Assembly (NCBI GenBank): GCA_963665485.1
Contig: OY762227.1
Coordinates: forward strand, 84,637-148,636
Length of the DNA: 64,000 bases
From: Bacteroidales bacterium
Lineage (GTDB): Bacteria; Bacteroidota; Bacteroidia; Bacteroidales; UBA4417
Reading direction: 5' to 3'
This document shows positions 19,281-28,911 of this stretch, one piece after another. How positions within the stretch are numbered: the stretch's first letter is position 1; each line of letters begins with the position of its first letter. Made by a program: the position numbers and the translations under genes. Under the pieces are notes generated by a model that saw only the letters and a program-made list of their open reading frames with translations, did not search any database and was not told the DNA's origin.

Positions 19281-20846
19281 ATGCCGTCAAAAGAAAACTA
19301 CGATTACGTTATTATCGGTTCAGGATTTGGAGGATCTGTATCTGCTTTGCGGTTAGCAGAAAAAGGGTATTCAGTTCTGGTCATTGAAAAAGGCAAAAAG
19401 TTTGAAAGTGGGGATTTCCCAAAAACAAACTGGAACCTTCGTAAGTGGCTGTGGATCCCCGGTCTGAAAATTTTTGGTATTCAAAAACTTAATTTTCTGC
19501 GGCATATCAGCGCCCTGAGCGGAGTTGGAGTTGGCGGAGGTTCGCTGGTATATGCAAATACGCTTCCGAAGCCCAAATCACCTTTTTTCAACCAGGGCTC
19601 GTGGAAAGGGCTTGCCGACTGGGAAAACGAACTTGCTCCGCATTACGACACTGCCTGGCGGATGCTTGGCGCTGCTTTAAATCCTGTGTTGGCCGAAAGC
19701 GACCGGGCCATGCAGCAGCTGGCTGCGAAGATGAATAAACCAGGGCAATTTTCTCCCACCACGGTCGCCATTTATTTCGGGGAACCTGAGGTAACGGTGA
19801 AAGATCCTTATTTTGATGGAAAAGGCCCCGACCGCACCGGCTGCAGGCATTGCGGCGCCTGCATGACGGGCTGTCGTCACAATGCAAAAAACACCCTGGA
19901 TAAAAACTACCTTCATCTTGCTCAGCAACTCGGGGTCACCATCCTGCCCGAAAACGAGGTTACCGCTGTAAAGCCTCTGGGCAAAAATGGGATGGAAGGT
20001 TACGAAATCAGTTTCAGGCAATCGACAAAATATTTTTCGCGGACCAAAACCGTAAATGCAGGCGGAGTTATATTTGCCGGTGGCGTTTTCGGAACCATTC
20101 CGCTGCTGCTGAAACTTAAAAAAACCACCTTGCCCGGGTTAAGCAACCGGCTTGGGCATATGATCCGTACCAACAGCGAAGCACTTATTTATGTAACTAC
20201 CGCAGATAAATCCCGTGAACTGCACAAAGGCATTGCCATCGGATCTATACTGGAAGTGGATGAAAACAGCCACCTTGAGCCGGTGCGGTATGGTGAAGGT
20301 TCAGGGTTCTGGCGGATTACCATGGTTCCAATGGTGAGCGGCCGCAATGTTTTCGCGCGTATCCTTAAAATCATTTACCTTACTTTGGCAGCACCCCTCA
20401 CCTGGCTTAAGGTCTTTTTTGTGCGCGACTTTGGAAGAAGCAGTACTGTTTTGCTTTTCATGCAGCACCTCGATAGTGCGCTTGAACTCCGTAAAGGCAT
20501 TTTTGGAATAAAAACCCGTGTCGAACAGGGCAAAGCGCCTACTCCTTTTATCCCCGAAGCACATGCCGCTGCACACATGTTTTCTGACCTTATCAACGGC
20601 AAGCCGCAAATCATGATCAACGAAGTACTGGCCGGTATTCCATCAACTGCCCATATACTGGGTGGAGCCTGCATGGGGAAATCGCCCGATGAAGGTGTAA
20701 TTGACAGCAACAATAAAGTTTTCGGGTACGAAAATATGTATGTTTTCGATGGAGCTATGATTTCGGCGAATCCAGGTGTTAATCCCTCGCTAACCATTAC
20801 AGCTATTTCCGAAAGAGGAATCAGTAAAATACCAGCCAAGATATAA
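19281..20846 (+). CDS. GMC family FAD-dependent oxidoreductase (cholesterol/alcohol oxidase-like)
   Basis: Rossmann FAD motif YDYVIIGSGFGGSVSALRLAEKG at the N-terminus and a C-terminal GMC motif (HILGGACMG...NMYVFDGAMISANPGVNPSLTITAISER). The start is the ATG at 19281. Confidence 0.85.
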   Translation: MPSKENYDYVIIGSGFGGSVSALRLAEKGYSVLVIEKGKKFESGDFPKTNWNLRKWLWIPGLKIFGIQKLNFLRHISALSGVGVGGGSLVYANTLPKPKSPFFNQGSWKGLADWENELAPHYDTAWRMLGAALNPVLAESDRAMQQLAAKMNKPGQFSPTTVAIYFGEPEVTVKDPYFDGKGPDRTGCRHCGACMTGCRHNAKNTLDKNYLHLAQQLGVTILPENEVTAVKPLGKNGMEGYEISFRQSTKYFSRTKTVNAGGVIFAGGVFGTIPLLLKLKKTTLPGLSNRLGHMIRTNSEALIYVTTADKSRELHKGIAIGSILEVDENSHLEPVRYGEGSGFWRITMVPMVSGRNVFARILKIIYLTLAAPLTWLKVFFVRDFGRSSTVLLFMQHLDSALELRKGIFGIKTRVEQGKAPTPFIPEAHAAAHMFSDLINGKPQIMINEVLAGIPSTAHILGGACMGKSPDEGVIDSNNKVFGYENMYVFDGAMISANPGVNPSLTITAISERGISKIPAKI

Positions 20847-22223
20847 ATGGAAATTAAAGCTATTGTTGACCGACAGAAAGACTTTTTTAAAAGTCAGAAA
20901 ACCAAGGATGTTGACTTCCGAAAAACGTGCCTCCTGAACCTGCGCAAAGAACTGCTGAAACGTGAAAAGCAGATTGCCAGGGCCATGTACGACGATTTCC
21001 GCAAACCGGAATTCGAAACTGTAATGACCGAAACGGGCATTGTTATAAACGAATTGAACCTGGCAATCCGCAAGGTGAAATGTTGGGCGAAATCGAGGTA
21101 TGTACGACCTGTTATGGTTAATTTCCCTTCAACCAATCGTCTTTACAAAGAACCGTATGGTACAGTTTTAATAATTGCACCCTGGAATTATCCGTTTCAG
21201 CTTGTTTTCTCCCCGCTTATTGGCGCTATTGCAGCCGGAAATACTGTTGTGATAAAGCCTTCGGAGCATTCGGCCAATACGAGCCGGGTTGTTTCCGAAA
21301 TTATTGCTGCCGTTTTCGATCCCGGCCATGTTACTGTTATCGAAGGGGATGTTCCGGTAGCTGCCAGGCTGTTACGCGAACGCTGGGACTATATTTTTTT
21401 TACCGGAAGCATTGCTGTGGGTAAAATTGTAGCTAAAGCTGCCGCCGAACATTTAACACCGGTAACCCTCGAGATGGGAGGCAAAAATCCATGTATTGTC
21501 GACGAAACAGCCAATATTCCACTGGCAGCCAGGCGCGTCGTATGGGGAAAGTTTATCAACTGCGGCCAAACCTGTATTGCCCCCGATTATGTGTTGGTTC
21601 ATAATAAGGTTAAAGATCAGTTTGTTGAAAACTGTAAAAAGGAGATTACCCGCATTTATGGCGAAAATCCCCGGCAATCGCCTGATTACGGCCGGATAAT
21701 AAATCATTCCAATTTCGAGGTGCTTAAACGAAGTCTGGCCGGTGAAAAAATCCTGTCAGGCGGAAACACCGATCCCGGTGATCTGTACATTGAGCCTACG
21801 CTGCTTGATAATCCTGACAAGGAAAACCACGTGATGAAACATGAAATATTCGGGCCGATACTTCCAGTTATTCCGTTTGACACCGAACAGGAAATACATG
21901 ATTGCATTAACTCGTACGAAAAGCCGCTTGCATTTTATATCTTCTCAAATCATGTAAAATTTATAAAACAGCTGATTGCACTTCATTCGTTTGGAGGCGG
22001 AACGGTAAACGACACCATAGTTCATTTTGCCAACCATCGTTTCCCGTTCGGAGGAGTGGGCCACAGCGGCATTGGCGCTTATCATGGAAAGCATTCGTTC
22101 GATACTTTTTCATTTAAAAAAGGAATTACCACGCGTTACAACTGGCTGGACTTGCCGGTACGGTATGCGCCATACCGGGATAAAATGAAAGCGCTGAAGT
22201 TTTTTATGCGATGGTTTTCGTAA
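20847..22223 (+). CDS. aldehyde dehydrogenase family protein (class 3-like)
   Basis: Catalytic motifs LEMGGKNP (Glu) and FINCGQTCIAPDY (Cys), at ~458 aa. The ATG directly abuts the GMC stop codon (TAAATG). Confidence 0.9.
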   Translation: MEIKAIVDRQKDFFKSQKTKDVDFRKTCLLNLRKELLKREKQIARAMYDDFRKPEFETVMTETGIVINELNLAIRKVKCWAKSRYVRPVMVNFPSTNRLYKEPYGTVLIIAPWNYPFQLVFSPLIGAIAAGNTVVIKPSEHSANTSRVVSEIIAAVFDPGHVTVIEGDVPVAARLLRERWDYIFFTGSIAVGKIVAKAAAEHLTPVTLEMGGKNPCIVDETANIPLAARRVVWGKFINCGQTCIAPDYVLVHNKVKDQFVENCKKEITRIYGENPRQSPDYGRIINHSNFEVLKRSLAGEKILSGGNTDPGDLYIEPTLLDNPDKENHVMKHEIFGPILPVIPFDTEQEIHDCINSYEKPLAFYIFSNHVKFIKQLIALHSFGGGTVNDTIVHFANHRFPFGGVGHSGIGAYHGKHSFDTFSFKKGITTRYNWLDLPVRYAPYRDKMKALKFFMRWFS

Positions 22224-22323
22224 ATTAACTTTAGTTCCTTTTTTGATGCTTTTCAATCAAAAAAACGCTTTATTTTGTGTCAACTAAAAAACCTCAAAAA
22301 ACGATTTTCAAGCAGACTTTACA

Positions 22324-23904
22324 ATGCAAAAACTTTTTCCTTTATTCCTGTTATCTTTTTTCCTGCTCACAGCGAATACCGTCTTTTCGCAGAAGGACGT
22401 TGTCAACAAAATCATCGAAATCGGCAAAACCGATAACCAAACCATGCAACACCTGGATGTGCTGAGTAACCGGTTTGGCGGCAGGCTGATAGGATCTGAT
22501 GCTTACGAAAATGCAGCCGAATGGGCGGCTTCCAAATTTAAGGAATGGGGAATGCAGGTGCAGATGGACGAGGCCGGTACCGCGCCGGTAGGTTTTAACC
22601 GCGGCCCTTGGTTCGGTAAACTGCTGGCCGAAAACGGTATGGATTTGCATTTTGCTACGCCATCCTACACATCAGGAACCAAAGGGTTGCAAACCGGCCA
22701 CGTCCTGCTTGAACCGAAAACGCAGGAAGAATTCGACCATATGAAAGGCCGTCTGAAAGGCGCATGGGTGCTGATAACAGGCAAAAGCGAAGGCTGGCCA
22801 ATCGATTTTTCAGAAAAAGCAAACCACCGCAGAGATTCGCTGATAGCTTCCAATATTGAAATCCGCAAGAAAAACCATGATATAGAAGACTTTAACAAGA
22901 AAGCCGGCGACAGCGTGCAAAAAAAGGAATTAATACAACTTGCCGATGAACCCGCATTGTTTTACAAACAAATGAAAGATGCCGGAATTCTCGGAATAAT
23001 ACAATCTGCACCTGTTCCTATCCGTGTGTTATACGACAGGAAAAATATCGACAGCATGACATTTGAAAATCTTCCTATATTGCCTGATATAAAACTGGAT
23101 GAACATCAATATACAATAATCGAGCAAATGGCAAAGGAGCGCAGGAATTTCTTCCTCGAATTCGATATCCGTAACCATTTTAAACCTGGCCCTATAAAGT
23201 ATTACAATGTTATCGGAGTTATTCCCGGCACTAAATTTAAAGATGAATATGTGGTTATGGGCGGACATCTTGACGCGTATGATGTTGGTACCGGTGGCGT
23301 GGATGATGGCTCGGGAGCCACACCAACCATGGAAGCTGCCCGCATGATTATGAAAGCCGGCGGGAAACCAAAACGGACGATACTTGTATTCCTTTTTGCC
23401 GGTGAAGAGTTTGGTTTACTGGGTTCGAAAAGCTGGGTAAAACGGAATCCCGAAAAACTGTCGAGAATCTCAAATATGTTTAACCGCGATGGCGGACCAA
23501 CCGTAGCAAACAGCTTAAGCGTACCCGATGCATGGAAGGATGATCTGGAAAAAATATGCGAACCTTTAAGCAGCATTAACCCTGATTTCCCGTTTACAAT
23601 CAAAAAACTTGAACCCAGGCCGAAACCTAAAGCCGCATGGGGAACCGACAGCGGGCAGTTTGCCGTTGAAGGCGTTCCTACAATGACCTTCGGAACTGAA
23701 GATACAAAAGGCTACAATTTTAATTATGGCGAAATATGGCATACCGAAAGAGATCTATACAACAAAAGCATTCCCGAATACCAGGAACATACTTCCATTG
23801 TTACAGCAATAGTGGTACTTGGAATTGCTAACCTGGATCATTTGCTCGCAAAAGATGTATATTATGCGCCGGAAAAAACTGAAGAAAAACCAGTTAATAA
23901 ATAA
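22324..23904 (+). CDS. M28 family metallopeptidase with PA-like insert, secreted
   Basis: Signal peptide. M28 zinc-ligand context: GGHLDAYDVGTGGVDDGSG, FAGEEFGLLGS and a distal H (WHTERD). Confidence 0.8.
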   Translation: MQKLFPLFLLSFFLLTANTVFSQKDVVNKIIEIGKTDNQTMQHLDVLSNRFGGRLIGSDAYENAAEWAASKFKEWGMQVQMDEAGTAPVGFNRGPWFGKLLAENGMDLHFATPSYTSGTKGLQTGHVLLEPKTQEEFDHMKGRLKGAWVLITGKSEGWPIDFSEKANHRRDSLIASNIEIRKKNHDIEDFNKKAGDSVQKKELIQLADEPALFYKQMKDAGILGIIQSAPVPIRVLYDRKNIDSMTFENLPILPDIKLDEHQYTIIEQMAKERRNFFLEFDIRNHFKPGPIKYYNVIGVIPGTKFKDEYVVMGGHLDAYDVGTGGVDDGSGATPTMEAARMIMKAGGKPKRTILVFLFAGEEFGLLGSKSWVKRNPEKLSRISNMFNRDGGPTVANSLSVPDAWKDDLEKICEPLSSINPDFPFTIKKLEPRPKPKAAWGTDSGQFAVEGVPTMTFGTEDTKGYNFNYGEIWHTERDLYNKSIPEYQEHTSIVTAIVVLGIANLDHLLAKDVYYAPEKTEEKPVNK

Positions 23905-24056
23905 ATTATTGAAACTTTTGCTCATGGGTTCATTCTTTGCGATCCTCTTTTAACAACTTTGCACCTTTGCGGCAAAAATTAACTGTAAAGGCGGTAAGGA
24001 AATTCAAAGAATGTAAGGCTTATAAAAATGTATTGGGATAACCTATAAACTTATTC

Positions 24057-24064
24057 CTATTTTT
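24057..24064 (+). promoter_or_regulatory. candidate -7 promoter box (TAnnTTTG)
   Basis: TATTTTTG lies 32 nt upstream of the helicase ATG at 24096. Confidence 0.3.
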
Positions 24065-24095
24065 GGTATCGTGAAAATTTAGAAGGAATGCCAAT

Positions 24096-26645
24096 ATGAA
24101 CCAGGAAATCCCGAATCCACAGCTACAACTGGCTTTCGATTTTGTTGAGCAGACCAACACCAACCTGTTTTTAACCGGCAAAGCGGGAACGGGCAAAACC
24201 ACCTTTCTACGCAATCTGAAAATCATTTCACCCAAACGAATGATAGTGGTTGCTCCTACCGGTGTGGCTGCTATCAATGCCGGAGGGGTTACTATTCATT
24301 CGTTTTTCCAGATGCATTTCGGGCCGCATATTCCGGAACAGACTTCACAACAACATAATTATTCTCCGGGCGATTCTCAGAAAAGCGCTTTCGATCGTAC
24401 GCAACGTTTCAACCGTGAGAAGATAAACATTATGAAAAGCCTCGACCTGCTGGTGATTGATGAAATCAGCATGGTACGGGCGGATTTACTGGATGCCATA
24501 GATGAAGTGCTACGGCGGTTTAAAGACCGGTACAAACCATTTGGCGGCGTACAATTGCTGATGATTGGCGATCTGCAGCAGCTTGCACCGGTTGCTAAGG
24601 ACGAGGAATGGGAGTTGCTACGTCCGTATTACGATACTATTTTCTTCTTCGGAAGCAGGGCTTTACAAAAAACTCATTTCACAACAATTGAGCTAAAACA
24701 CATCTACCGCCAGAGTGATGATGTTTTTATCAGGCTGCTGAATAAGGTTCGTGAGAATAATATTGACAACCAATCGCTCGAAGATCTGAATAAAAGATAC
24801 ATTCCCGGATTTAATCCCGGCAACGATGAAGGCTATATTACACTTACCACGCATAATTACCAGTCGCAGGCAATCAACGAAAAGAAGCTGAAAGAACTGC
24901 AAAACTCAAAGCACATTTTTACGGCCGAGGTCGAAGGTGAATTTCCCGAGTACAGTTATCCTACTGATTTTGAATTGATACTGAAAGTTGGCGCGCAGGT
25001 AATGTTTGTGAAAAACGATATTTCGCGCGATAAACTTTTTTACAATGGAAAAATCGGGAAAATAACAATGATCGATGACGATGTTATTTTTGTGAAATGC
25101 GATGGAGATTATGATGTAATTCCAGTGATTCCAGCTGAGTGGACAAACAATAAATACACGATTAACGAAGAAACCAAGGAAATTACAGAAACTCCTGTAG
25201 GAAGTTTTAAGCAATATCCGCTTAAACTGGCGTGGGCCATTACCATTCATAAAAGCCAGGGCCTGACTTTTGAGAAAGCAATTATTGATGCCAATGCAGC
25301 ATTTGCTCACGGACAGGTTTATGTGGCGCTTAGCCGATGTAAAACCTTTGAGGGAATGGTGCTGAGTTCGCCTATTGCTCAGGTTAGTATTAAAAGCGAT
25401 ACAAGTGTGAAAGGCTTTTCGACCGAAGTTGAACTAAACCAGCCAGGGGAACAGGAACTTACAGCTTCAAGGATTGCCTACCAGCAAACTTTGCTTCTGG
25501 AATTGCTGGATTTCTCGGTAATTCAGCATCGATTCTACCAATGCCAGAAACTGATAAAAGAAAATGCCGGCGTTTTGCTTCCGGCTTTGGCTGAATCATT
25601 TATGGCTATGCATAACGCGATCACCACGGAACTCATTGGAGTATCCGATAAATTCAAGCCACAGATCGGGCAGTTTCTGTCAACCGATCCTATGATCGAA
25701 GGACATGAAGCATTGCAGGAACGCATAAAAAAAGCAAGCACTTATTTTGCCGAAAAAACCGATCAGAATATTTGTAAAGTGTTGCAAAACCTGGATATAG
25801 AAACCGATAATAAAGCCATACGGAAAGTGTTGAAGGAAAGTTTCGAAAATCTTTACCAGGAAGCTTTTGTTAAAACTGCCTGTTTCAAAGCATGCATGTC
25901 GGGATTTACGGTTAAAAATTACCTGGCTGCCAAAGCTATTGCTGCCATCGAAAAAATCCAGCTCAAACCGGAAGCAATACCAAAAGCTAACTTTGTCGCT
26001 GGCGGCAAAACTGATTCCGGGCTTTTGCAGGAAATAAAAAACTGGCGTGCTTCCATGGCAGAGGAAGAAGATCTTCCGATTTATATGGTACTTCCCCAAA
26101 AAACCATGTATGATTTGGTGGAAATGCTTCCTGTTACGATGAAAGAGCTCAAAGAAATCAAAGGCTTCGGGAAGAAAAAAGTGATGAAATATGGACCTGA
26201 ATTAATCGGAATTATAAGAAACTATTTAGAGGTCAGCCATCTGGATAAAATTGAAGCGGATTTGCCGGAACCAGATACCGAATTGCCAGATGAGTACCTG
26301 ATTGAAAGACCTAAGCATGTGAAAGGTCAAACGCAGCAACTTAGTTTCGAGATGTTTAAACAAGGAAAAACAATTGCAGAAATTGCCGCTGAGCGATCCT
26401 TATCAGGAACAACTATCGAAACCCACCTGGCAAGATATGTGGCAAGCGGTGAATTGGATATTGCGCAATTTGTTACCCCCGAAAAACTCGAACTTATTAC
26501 AGCTTATTTTCTTGAAGCCGGCAGCGCATCATTAACCGAAGCAAAAACTGCGCTGGGAGAAGACGTAAGTTATGGCGAAATACGGATGGTGCTGGGGCAT
26601 ATGAATCAAAGTAAATCTGAGCTTCCGCCAAAGTATATGTTGTAA
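24096..26645 (+). CDS. Pif1/RecD-like SF1 helicase with C-terminal HRDC and HTH domains
   Basis: Walker A (GKAGTGKTT), Walker B (LLVIDEISMV), QLAPV and the C-terminal SF1 motif (AITIHKSQGLTFE...YVALSRC). An HRDC-like segment follows (LPIYMVLPQKTMYDLVEMLPVTMKELKEIKGFGKKKVMKYG), then a terminal HTH-like segment. Confidence 0.85.
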   Translation: MNQEIPNPQLQLAFDFVEQTNTNLFLTGKAGTGKTTFLRNLKIISPKRMIVVAPTGVAAINAGGVTIHSFFQMHFGPHIPEQTSQQHNYSPGDSQKSAFDRTQRFNREKINIMKSLDLLVIDEISMVRADLLDAIDEVLRRFKDRYKPFGGVQLLMIGDLQQLAPVAKDEEWELLRPYYDTIFFFGSRALQKTHFTTIELKHIYRQSDDVFIRLLNKVRENNIDNQSLEDLNKRYIPGFNPGNDEGYITLTTHNYQSQAINEKKLKELQNSKHIFTAEVEGEFPEYSYPTDFELILKVGAQVMFVKNDISRDKLFYNGKIGKITMIDDDVIFVKCDGDYDVIPVIPAEWTNNKYTINEETKEITETPVGSFKQYPLKLAWAITIHKSQGLTFEKAIIDANAAFAHGQVYVALSRCKTFEGMVLSSPIAQVSIKSDTSVKGFSTEVELNQPGEQELTASRIAYQQTLLLELLDFSVIQHRFYQCQKLIKENAGVLLPALAESFMAMHNAITTELIGVSDKFKPQIGQFLSTDPMIEGHEALQERIKKASTYFAEKTDQNICKVLQNLDIETDNKAIRKVLKESFENLYQEAFVKTACFKACMSGFTVKNYLAAKAIAAIEKIQLKPEAIPKANFVAGGKTDSGLLQEIKNWRASMAEEEDLPIYMVLPQKTMYDLVEMLPVTMKELKEIKGFGKKKVMKYGPELIGIIRNYLEVSHLDKIEADLPEPDTELPDEYLIERPKHVKGQTQQLSFEMFKQGKTIAEIAAERSLSGTTIETHLARYVASGELDIAQFVTPEKLELITAYFLEAGSASLTEAKTALGEDVSYGEIRMVLGHMNQSKSELPPKYML

Positions 26646-26807
26646 CAGTGTTTTTACAATTACATCCGAGTTTCAATATCCTGGTCCTTAATTTCAACCG
26701 CTGTGAAATCAAAATATTTCCTATTTTGCTTTGGGCCTTTAGGCTTGGAATCCGGAGCTTGGATCTTTGTGGAAATGCATAGATTTCTGCATCTTCCATG
26801 TCAATAA

Positions 26808-27512
26808 TTACCTCTTAATAAACCTCGATTCGATCCTGCTCATTACTTCATTTCTATAGTTTTTACTCAAAGGAAGCCGCATCGAACCTGTGATAACTTC
26901 ATTGCCATCAATAGTTTGAATAGCTGAAATTGCCACCAGAAAGGATTTATGTATCCGCACAAAAAGCTCGGCAGGCAGTTGCTCTTCAATACCCGAAAAT
27001 GTGAGATAGGTAATGTATTTTTTTTGCTTTGTATAGATGATGACATAATTAGCCATGGCTTCGATGTAAACTACCTCGGCCATTATTATTTTTTCAATTT
27101 TTCCATTGCATTTTATAAAGAAAAAGTCACCGGTAATGCTGACTTCCTTATTTCGGGCATGAAGATAATTCTGCGCTTTTTCCACAGCTTTCAGGAACCG
27201 TGCAAAGGAAATTGGTTTGAGCAGATAATCAACTACATCCAGTTCAAAACCTTCCAACGCATATTCGGAATATGCCGTTGTAAAAATAACAAGTGGTGGC
27301 TCAGCCAATGCTTTTACAAATTCAATTCCTGTGAGCTTAGGCATCTGAATATCAAGAAAAATGAGGTCGATTTTATGCTTTTGCAGTAAACCTGCAGCCT
27401 CAGCCGCGCTTTTGCATTGGGCAACCGGGTTCAGATAATCTATCTGCCTTACATATTCCATTATGCCTTCACGAGCAATAGGCTCATCATCCACTACAAG
27501 ACAATTAATCAT
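26808..27512 (-). CDS. LytR/AlgR family response regulator (REC + LytTR DNA-binding domain)
   Basis: REC motifs (CLVVDDEP, DLIFLDIQMP, KP) with a C-terminal LytTR pattern (IHKSFLV...). The ATG overlaps the kinase stop codon by 8 nt. Confidence 0.9.
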   Translation of the reverse strand: MINCLVVDDEPIAREGIMEYVRQIDYLNPVAQCKSAAEAAGLLQKHKIDLIFLDIQMPKLTGIEFVKALAEPPLVIFTTAYSEYALEGFELDVVDYLLKPISFARFLKAVEKAQNYLHARNKEVSITGDFFFIKCNGKIEKIIMAEVVYIEAMANYVIIYTKQKKYITYLTFSGIEEQLPAELFVRIHKSFLVAISAIQTIDGNEVITGSMRLPLSKNYRNEVMSRIESRFIKR

Positions 27513-28575
27513 GATATTGGATTTTTAGGGTTGTTTCATATGTATTTTCATTATGCTGCCTTGATATAGAGTGCCTGCCGGGATATAATAATGCAAGTCT
27601 TCGTTCCAGGTTTTTCAATCCAAGTCCGCTCGAATTCTGCAACAAATCAGTTCCATCGGAAGAATTATAGGTATTTACTACGTTAACCACAAACTGAGAA
27701 TCAGGTTGGATAGAGATGACAATATGTAGTTTGTTTTTCGACGGATCTTTATAATTCGAAATATGCTTAAATGCATTTTCTACAAGTGGTAATATAAGAA
27801 GTGGTGCAATTTTAAATGCAGCAATATCTCCGGGGAGCGTCAATCTCAAATCTGTTCCGGCTTCCATTCTCAGTTGCTGGACAGTAACAAAATTTTGGAT
27901 ATAAGCGAGTTCTTTCGAAATATCAATCATATCGGTAGTACATTCATAAAGTTGGTACCGAAGCATTTCCGAAAGTTTTTCCACAGAATTCCGTGCTTCG
28001 CTGTTTCCCTTATGAATTTGAAAATAAATGGTATTCAGAACATTAAAAAGAAAGTGAGGATTTATCTGGGCACGCAGAAAAGCAAGTTCAGTACTCACCT
28101 TTTCATTTTCAACAACATGCAGTTGCACCTCCATACCAAAACGATCGATAATTATTTGAATAGCACCGCTTATAACAATAACAATACAGTTGATTATAAA
28201 AAAGGCCGCAGAAATAGCTTGTATAACATTAATGCTCGCAAATATTGATTTCCCGCTCAATGCATAATAAATGGCTCCACCCAGAAAATACGTAAGCACC
28301 GTATTTACAAATGCAGTAAGAAGCAATGCACCAATAAATTTATTAATTAGTTTCCGATATAAAAGCCTTGGTACCAGCACTTTTGATGAAAGATAGGCCG
28401 GAAAAGCTGTAAATCCGGTAACAACAAGGGTGGCAAGAAATTGATGTAAAAATGGAGTTTTATAGTCGTAAATGAGGTATAAAAGAAAAATGGTGAGAAT
28501 AATCCACAAAAGTAGATAAATACCGACCTCCGTTTTTTTGATTTTCAGGCTCATAAAAAGCTCCTTTTTAAACAT
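27505..28575 (-). CDS. LytS-type sensor histidine kinase (His_kinase PF06580-like + HATPase)
   Basis: About 4-5 N-terminal TM helices. H-box region LRAQINPHFLFNVLN and an ATPase N-box (LILPLVENAFKH). The start is taken as the ATG at 28575. Confidence 0.85.
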   Translation of the reverse strand: MFKKELFMSLKIKKTEVGIYLLLWIILTIFLLYLIYDYKTPFLHQFLATLVVTGFTAFPAYLSSKVLVPRLLYRKLINKFIGALLLTAFVNTVLTYFLGGAIYYALSGKSIFASINVIQAISAAFFIINCIVIVISGAIQIIIDRFGMEVQLHVVENEKVSTELAFLRAQINPHFLFNVLNTIYFQIHKGNSEARNSVEKLSEMLRYQLYECTTDMIDISKELAYIQNFVTVQQLRMEAGTDLRLTLPGDIAAFKIAPLLILPLVENAFKHISNYKDPSKNKLHIVISIQPDSQFVVNVVNTYNSSDGTDLLQNSSGLGLKNLERRLALLYPGRHSISRQHNENTYETTLKIQYHD

Positions 28576-28911
28576 GTGCAATTTACAGCTATTTCGTTCT
28601 GATTGTTTTTTGATTCATCAAGAATATCCGGCCTTTCATCCAGCAATGCTTTCATGTGGTGTAAAACCATCTTCGTAACTGTAGGTAAGTCTCTAAATTT
28701 ACTGTGATAATCAACCACTTTCCTTGAAGTGAATTTAGGGAATTTAGTAAATAAATTCTAACTCGTTTACTGAGAATCCTCTACCTAATAAGTTGATGCC
28801 TTTTGTTGGATTCGATTCTATACTCTACTTTCTTGTATATCATGTTTCATTACTCAGACTATAAAGAATTTCAATCACATTTTATAATAACCTTATTAAC
28901 AAGTAAATACC

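Noticed and set aside
20375-20839. 154-aa minus-strand ORF inside the GMC gene (also 19588-20021, 20301-20609)
   Set aside because: They are antisense shadows of a strongly supported CDS.
22241-22266. A/T-only 9-bp hairpin (TTTTTTGAT…ATCAAAAAA) after the ALDH gene as a terminator
   Set aside because: The stem is entirely A-T and likely too weak. It is not reported as a feature.
22277-22465. 62-aa ORF overlapping the M28 peptidase start
   Set aside because: It is out of frame with the signal-peptide-bearing M28 ORF and has no support.
24906-26099. Minus-strand ORFs 24906-25310 and 25680-26099 within the helicase gene, and + ORFs 26949-27389 and 27874-28248 within the two-component genes
   Set aside because: They are antisense shadows of CDSs with clear catalytic motifs.
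24096-26645. Pif1-like helicase as part of a defence or mobile island
   Set aside because: No adjacent nuclease, methylase, integrase or repeat boundary was seen. It looks like the common stand-alone Bacteroidota Pif1/HRDC helicase.
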